Below are positions 58,803 through 64,000 of a stretch of DNA of 64,000 nucleotides, one piece after another. The notes below the pieces were generated by a model that worked only from the letters and a program-made list of their open reading frames with translations, searched no databases and was not told the DNA's origin. The number at the start of each line of letters is the position of its first letter. The stretch's first letter is position 1. The stretch is from an uncultured Clostridium sp. (lineage in GTDB: Bacteria > Bacillota > Clostridia > Clostridiales > Clostridiaceae), in the NCBI RefSeq assembly GCF_963515715.1, contig NZ_CAUPZS010000013.1:4560-68559 (forward strand). Reading direction: 5' to 3'. A program made the translations under genes and the position numbers.

Positions 58803-60497
58803 ATGGCTATTATTGGAATAGATTTAGGAACTACAAACAGTTTAGCTGCTGTTTGGAAAGATGGACAAGTAGAAATTATACCAAATGTTCTAAAAAAACA
58901 TTCAACGCCCTCCATTGTAAGCGTTGATGAAAATAATGAAATTTTAATTGGAGATGTGGCAAAAGAAAGACTTATTACTCACCCCCAGTCCACAGCATGC
59001 AACTTTAAAAGATTTATGGGATCATCAAAAAAATTTAATTTAGGATCTTATACATTTACACCTGAAGAATTATCTTCATTTATTTTAAAATCATTAAAAG
59101 AAGATGCAGAAAAATACATAGGTGAAGACGTTGTAGAAGCAGTTATAAGCGTCCCTGCTTATTTTAATGATGCTCAACGTAAGGCAACTAAAAGAGCTGG
59201 TGAACTTGCAGGGCTTAAAGTTGAAAGATTAATTAGTGAGCCAACAGCAGCTGCCGTAGCCTATGGATTGCATCAGAAAAATGATGAAACACAGTTTTTA
59301 GTATTTGATTTAGGTGGAGGAACTTTTGACATATCAATACTGGAACTTTTTGAAGGTGTAATGGAAGTAAAATCTATAGCTGGGGACAATTATTTAGGCG
59401 GTGAAGATTTTAATAAACTACTTGTTGATTATTTTTTACAAGAAAATGATTTAGATTTAAAAGTATTAGATAAAAAGACATTATCAGCTTTACACAAACA
59501 AGCTGAACTTTGCAAAAGATCATTGTCAAGCCAAGAAAATGCAACTATGAGTTTAACTATAAATGAAAAGTGTTTTGAAATTGAAATTAATAGAAACAAA
59601 TTTGCAAAAATATGTTCAGAAATAATTTTAAGGTTACGCCATCCAGTGGAAAGAGCTCTTAAGGATGCTGACATATCACCGTCAGAAATTGAAGCCATTA
59701 TCTTGATTGGCGGAAGTACAAGAATGCCTCTAGTGAGATCTGTAGTTAGCAAAATGTTTAATAAATTACCATATTCTAATATAGACCCGGATGAAGCAGT
59801 AGCATTAGGCGCAGCAATACAAGCAGCTTTGAAATCGAGAAATTCGGATTTAAAAGAATTGGTATTAACGGATGTATGTCCATATACTTTAGGAGTGGAA
59901 ATAGTAAATGATTTAGGGGATGGCAATTATGAACCAGGATATTTCCTACCTATAATTGAAAGAAATTCGCCAATACCAATAAGTAAAGTTGAACAATTAG
60001 TAACTATTAGAGACAATCAAACTCGTATGGCGATTAATGTATACCAAGGTGAAAGCAGGCGAGTTGAAAATAACATAAAACTTGGCCAATTAGAAATTTC
60101 AGTACCTCGTGGAAAAGCAGCTGAACAAGCAGTAGCCCTTAGATATACATATGATATAAATGGATTATTAGAAGTAGAAACTACTTTGGCAAGTACAGGA
60201 GAAAAGAAAGCATTAATAATTCAAAACTCAGAAAACTCAATGTCTGATGAGGAAATTAGAGAGCGTATGATAGAACTTAGTGATATAAAAATTCATCCAA
60301 GAGATAAAACTGAAAATAGATTGCTCTTGGCTAGAGGGGAAAGATTATATGAAGAATCCCTTGGAGATAAGCGAGAATACATAGCAGCATTGCTAGATTC
60401 CTTTGAAAAAATTTTATTAACTCAAGATCCTAGACTTATAGAAAAAAATGCAAAGTTACTTGCTGAAAGATTAGATGAATTGGAGACGTATTATTAA
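58803..60497 (+). CDS. hscC: Hsp70 family chaperone, HscC type
   Basis: GIDLGTTNS, VPAYFNDAQR, VFDLGGGTFD, LIGGSTRMP, LTDVCPYTLG, IHPRD; 564 aa. Confidence 0.85.
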   Translation: MAIIGIDLGTTNSLAAVWKDGQVEIIPNVLKKHSTPSIVSVDENNEILIGDVAKERLITHPQSTACNFKRFMGSSKKFNLGSYTFTPEELSSFILKSLKEDAEKYIGEDVVEAVISVPAYFNDAQRKATKRAGELAGLKVERLISEPTAAAVAYGLHQKNDETQFLVFDLGGGTFDISILELFEGVMEVKSIAGDNYLGGEDFNKLLVDYFLQENDLDLKVLDKKTLSALHKQAELCKRSLSSQENATMSLTINEKCFEIEINRNKFAKICSEIILRLRHPVERALKDADISPSEIEAIILIGGSTRMPLVRSVVSKMFNKLPYSNIDPDEAVALGAAIQAALKSRNSDLKELVLTDVCPYTLGVEIVNDLGDGNYEPGYFLPIIERNSPIPISKVEQLVTIRDNQTRMAINVYQGESRRVENNIKLGQLEISVPRGKAAEQAVALRYTYDINGLLEVETTLASTGEKKALIIQNSENSMSDEEIRERMIELSDIKIHPRDKTENRLLLARGERLYEESLGDKREYIAALLDSFEKILLTQDPRLIEKNAKLLAERLDELETYY

Positions 60498-60499
60498 TT

Positions 60500-62764
60500 A
60501 TGAAGTGGTGGGAAACTTTAGGAATATCCTATGATAGTGATTTAAAAACCATAAAAAAAGCTTATGCAAAATTATTAAAAATATATAATCCAGAAGAAGA
60601 CCCTGAAGGCTATCAAAGACTTAGGGAAGCATATGATAAAGCTATAAAAGATGTTAAGAATACTAATAGACAACAAAATTCACATGTTAACTTAGTTGAA
60701 AATATCAGTGATGATTTATACACAAGTGAATCGGATGTTGATGAATGGGATACTGATGATTGGAATGTAGATGAAACCATAGTTAAAAAGCAATACCAAA
60801 ATATCGATAACGATTATGAAGAACAGTATACCAATAGTACTAATGAAAAAATAGAAGAATTTTTAAATAAACTAAATGAAATTTGTACTGATAATTCTTT
60901 GAAGGAAAATACTGAAGCTTGGGAAGAATTATTAAACATGGATGTGGTTTGGAATGTGTATACCGCTCCTATTATAGAAGATTGTATGTTTGAATTTTTA
61001 CTAAGCCACAAAGATTTGCCTCTAAATATATGGCATATATTAGAGCATAATTTTAATTGGATTAAAAAAGAAGAATCTTTATATAAAAAATATGATGAAG
61101 ATGTGGTTGAAGAAGTTCTTAAGGTCTTAAAAAATATTAGTCAGTTTAAATATGAATATATAAAAGAAATGAACCTAAACTCTATTGAAAAATATTTATC
61201 ATTGCGACACCAAGGTTGTGAAGCATTAAAAATTAGGGATTATTATGAAGCACGAGAATGTTTATTTTCAGCTTATGAAATATTTACTCATGATGGAGAA
61301 TTATTAAAATTAATAGGTGAATTCTATTATAAAACTGGAGATTTGGATAAATCCTTAGAATTTTATAAATTATCTTTTGAGATAAATAAATTTGACTTAG
61401 ATGTTGCTTTATGGATTGGAAGCATTTTAGGAAAAAAGGATTACTTTGCAGAAGCTTTGCCATATTTTGAAATGTGCCTATCCGCCAACAGTAACGATTT
61501 AGTAGCATTAAATAGTATAGCATACTGCTATTACTTTACTGGTAATTTAATAAAAGCAAAGGTAAGTTTTGAAAGAGCACTAGAGCTTCAACCTAAAAAT
61601 AGAAGAATGCAAAAGTGTCTAAAAACTATAGAAGCAGAACTAGAAGGAAAGAAAGTTAAACCTTTAAAATTAAAAAAGCGTAACCCTCACAAGAAAAGGA
61701 TTGTTAAAAAGCAAAAACCAGAACCCTTTATGAAAAAATCAAGAACTATATGGATTGCAATTCTTATGGCATCAATAGTTGTATTGTCTGCATTAATTTT
61801 TGTTTTTGACGATACTGCTGATGATTATGCTACTGAAGAAACTATAGAATACCAATATAAAAATAATTCAAGAGATGAAATAATTTATGATGAAGATGAG
61901 ACAGTTTTTAAAAACATAAAAATTAGAGACGATTTGCGCAGCATAGACGATTACATTAATTTGCGAATATATTTAGATAAAGTAATACCAACAGATTATT
62001 TCAAACTATCAGAAGAATTTGAAGGTAAGACTATAGTATCGCAAACAGAAATTAAAGATAATAATCTACGAGATAAGATTGAAAGCCAATTATTTGTAGG
62101 AATTTTTAGCGATGGCGCTACATTATTTACAGATAAAAATTATAAAAAAGATACTTTAAATAAAAATGCTAAATATAAAATAGAAGGCGCTATGTGTAGA
62201 ATTGATAAAGAGATTTCAGAAGATATTAAAACAAAATTTGAAACTCATAATCAAAGTGGCAAAACCTGGACAAATCAAATGTATATAGATTGCTCACCAA
62301 AAGAAGTTGAAAGGTTACGAAAATATAATGAATCTTTTGAAATACGTAATGGCAGAAAGCTTAAAGTTTCAAAGACATTAAAAGAATTTAAAGAAAGTAA
62401 TTATGGCGCATTGCATTCTATATATGTAAAAAATATTATACCTCTTAATCTTTATGTCAATGTTGATGAAAATGGTAAATTTGATTTTTGTTCAAAAGAA
62501 GAACTAAATGGACAAAGTTTTAATGACAAAATATACACTCAAGCCTTTGTTGGTGAAATTGATGAAAAAAATGTGATGTTTATAGATAAAGATTTTTCAA
62601 TAAATAATGTAGATAGTAACAGAGGATATAACATCGAGGGCTACAAGTACAAATTCAAAACAAAAGAACCCATAAAGGCACCAACTGAGAAAGGTCAAAA
62701 TGTTAATTCAGTGGAGATTGATCCGAGTTTTCTGCATAATTCAAACAGTAAAAATAGTGGCTAG
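60500..62764 (+). CDS. J-domain + TPR + TM protein (DjlB/DjlC-like co-chaperone)
   Basis: WETLGI..IKKAYAKLLKIYNPEEDPEGYQRLREAY J-domain; TPRs around aa 230-370; TM IWIAILMASIVVLSALIFVF; large C-terminal domain. Confidence 0.8.
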   Translation: MKWWETLGISYDSDLKTIKKAYAKLLKIYNPEEDPEGYQRLREAYDKAIKDVKNTNRQQNSHVNLVENISDDLYTSESDVDEWDTDDWNVDETIVKKQYQNIDNDYEEQYTNSTNEKIEEFLNKLNEICTDNSLKENTEAWEELLNMDVVWNVYTAPIIEDCMFEFLLSHKDLPLNIWHILEHNFNWIKKEESLYKKYDEDVVEEVLKVLKNISQFKYEYIKEMNLNSIEKYLSLRHQGCEALKIRDYYEARECLFSAYEIFTHDGELLKLIGEFYYKTGDLDKSLEFYKLSFEINKFDLDVALWIGSILGKKDYFAEALPYFEMCLSANSNDLVALNSIAYCYYFTGNLIKAKVSFERALELQPKNRRMQKCLKTIEAELEGKKVKPLKLKKRNPHKKRIVKKQKPEPFMKKSRTIWIAILMASIVVLSALIFVFDDTADDYATEETIEYQYKNNSRDEIIYDEDETVFKNIKIRDDLRSIDDYINLRIYLDKVIPTDYFKLSEEFEGKTIVSQTEIKDNNLRDKIESQLFVGIFSDGATLFTDKNYKKDTLNKNAKYKIEGAMCRIDKEISEDIKTKFETHNQSGKTWTNQMYIDCSPKEVERLRKYNESFEIRNGRKLKVSKTLKEFKESNYGALHSIYVKNIIPLNLYVNVDENGKFDFCSKEELNGQSFNDKIYTQAFVGEIDEKNVMFIDKDFSINNVDSNRGYNIEGYKYKFKTKEPIKAPTEKGQNVNSVEIDPSFLHNSNSKNSG

Positions 62765-62865
62765 CTACTATTTTTAAATATTAATTTAAATAGTGATCCC
62801 AGTTGCCTAAGCAACTAGAATTGTATACTATAGGGTGCTACCAGTACCCTATTTTTATTTTGCTC

Positions 62866-63112
62866 ATTTATCCGATGACTAGCATCCGTAATACTCCCAT
62901 CGCACTCTGTGAAAGCGATTCACATAAAATCAAAGATTTTAGTTCTCTGCTTTTCTACAAGTGGGAGATATTAGAACTCTTGAGCTTCAGCGATTTAGAG
63001 TTCTTATGCTGTGCATAACGGATGCTACGTCCCTGGATAAGTTCTTCTAAGCTTCAGTTGGAGTAAGTATTCCTTTTAAGCAAACTCCATCTGAGGCTAA
63101 GAATCACTTGAT
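62866..63112. repeat. Dispersed palindromic repeat, copy 3 (longest)
   Basis: TTATCCGATGACTAGCATCCGT..CTCCCA..GTGGGAG..ACGGATGCTACGTCCCTGGATAA..TTCAGTTGGAGT..ACTCCATCTGAGG. Confidence 0.88.
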
Positions 63113-63413
63113 GGTACGGCTCTCCATAACTAAATCAAGTGTGATTTTCAATTTTATAAATCATTGAATTCTATCATTATCGTTTATCTTAGAATTAGAC
63201 CTAGGGACAGTAAAAAGGCAGGTTAACCAAGGCTCAAATTACCAACAAAAAAGCATAAAAAAAACATAGCCAAGCCTCAAAATATAAGTTGAACTTTTAC
63301 AAATAACTTATAAAAGGTTTATGCATCTTCTATCTTTTTACCTTGGTTAATGTATATTTTTATCGAACTACGAAGACAATAATTTTAGTTATATATCTAG
63401 GGAGTTGATATTA

Positions 63414-63620
63414 ATGACAGTAGCATCAAATATAAAACAAACATTAGCTAGTTTAAAAGGCATTGAAAGCACCTTGAGGATTTATTCAGTTCAAAGCAGA
63501 AATGAAGAAGAAAAAAAGGTATATAAAAAAGAATTACAAACAGTGGAATCCGTTATAAAGGATATAGAAGACAGATTAAAAACTTTAGAATTTGAAGAGC
63601 CACAATATAAAGGGAAGTAG
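63414..63620 (+). CDS. DUF1657 family sporulation-associated protein
   Basis: MTVASNIKQTLASLKG...LEFEEPQYKG. Confidence 0.8.
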   Translation: MTVASNIKQTLASLKGIESTLRIYSVQSRNEEEKKVYKKELQTVESVIKDIEDRLKTLEFEEPQYKGK

Positions 63621-63632
63621 AGGTGAGATAAT

Positions 63633-64000
63633 GTGCAAAGCTTCTTCATGGTATTGTTAAGAGTTATAATTTTATATTTTTTAACTTTAGTGATAATTAG
63701 GTTCATGGGCAGAACTACTTTATGGAAGACCACAGCTTTTAAATTTGTAAGCTATATGGTGATTGCCATCATGGTTTCATTAATATCCTTAGGGCTAATA
63801 CCAAATATGGCTTTTGGCTTTGTGGCTTTAGGTGTTTGGTTTTTATTTACTATAGCTTTGGATTATCTAGCTATAAAAAGCAAGTGGATTCATGATGTTA
63901 TAAATGGAAGGGAAATTGTATTAATAAAAGACGGAAAAGTAATGGAAGAAAACCTACAGGAAGTTAGATATACAGGGGAAGAGCTATTAAGAGAACTAAG
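63633..64000 (+). CDS. DUF421 (YetF-like) membrane protein, truncated by the window end
   Basis: GTG start after GAGGTG: MQSFFMVLLRVIILYFLTLVIIRFMGR...LAIKSK..INGREIVLIKDGKVMEENL..VRYTGEELLREL. Confidence 0.78.
   Translation, partial: MQSFFMVLLRVIILYFLTLVIIRFMGRTTLWKTTAFKFVSYMVIAIMVSLISLGLIPNMAFGFVALGVWFLFTIALDYLAIKSKWIHDVINGREIVLIKDGKVMEENLQEVRYTGEELLREL

Noticed and set aside
62803..63018. 71-aa ORF
   Set aside because: Runs through the palindromic repeat copy 3; most likely spurious
30178..63112. Dispersed repeats considered as CRISPR, hammerhead ribozyme or group II intron remnants
   Set aside because: No repeat-spacer periodicity; CGATGA lacks the CUGAUGA/GAAA hammerhead core arrangement; no domain V consensus
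1..64000. tRNA, rRNA, CRISPR arrays, integrases, transposases, prophage structural genes
   Set aside because: None recognised by eye; a tRNAscan/Infernal/HMM run would be needed to exclude degenerate copies

Overview
Low-GC, Clostridium-like (Firmicutes) chromosomal window with no rRNA, tRNA, CRISPR array or intact transposase. From left to right it holds: (1) a tungstate/Moco locus (tupABC-mog-moeA, under a P3-less Moco/Tuco-type riboswitch) divergent from a ydhY-ydhV-ydhW-fdhD-tatA-tatC operon, which looks like a self-contained Tat-exported aldehyde oxidoreductase system; (2) an FMN-domain flavocytochrome-c-type reductase lipoprotein with an apparent in-frame internal deletion, plus its TetR regulator; (3) a sigma54-driven cluster (Liv-type ABC importer, alpha/beta hydrolases including an adjacent PhaZ-like one, FabH-like enzyme, CoA transferase); (4) an accessory stretch with truA, rtcB, an MNT-HEPN toxin-antitoxin pair, three gene units each preceded by a copy of the same ~100-140 bp repeat, an amidase remnant, a MATE transporter and a SUKH-3 protein; (5) a Cys T-box-controlled tcyABC-mccB-luxS-mccA operon; (6) bceRS-uppP-bceAB; (7) a CatB/Vat acetyltransferase with a leader-peptide attenuator, a cupin with a LexA box, and a DUF2268 protease with an orphan MerR-type promoter; (8) an HscC-type Hsp70 with a J-TPR-TM partner, then DUF1657/DUF421 genes. 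Three copies of a modular, covarying palindromic repeat lie at about 30.2, 46.7 and 62.9 kb. All calls come from reading motifs by eye; no database searches were run.
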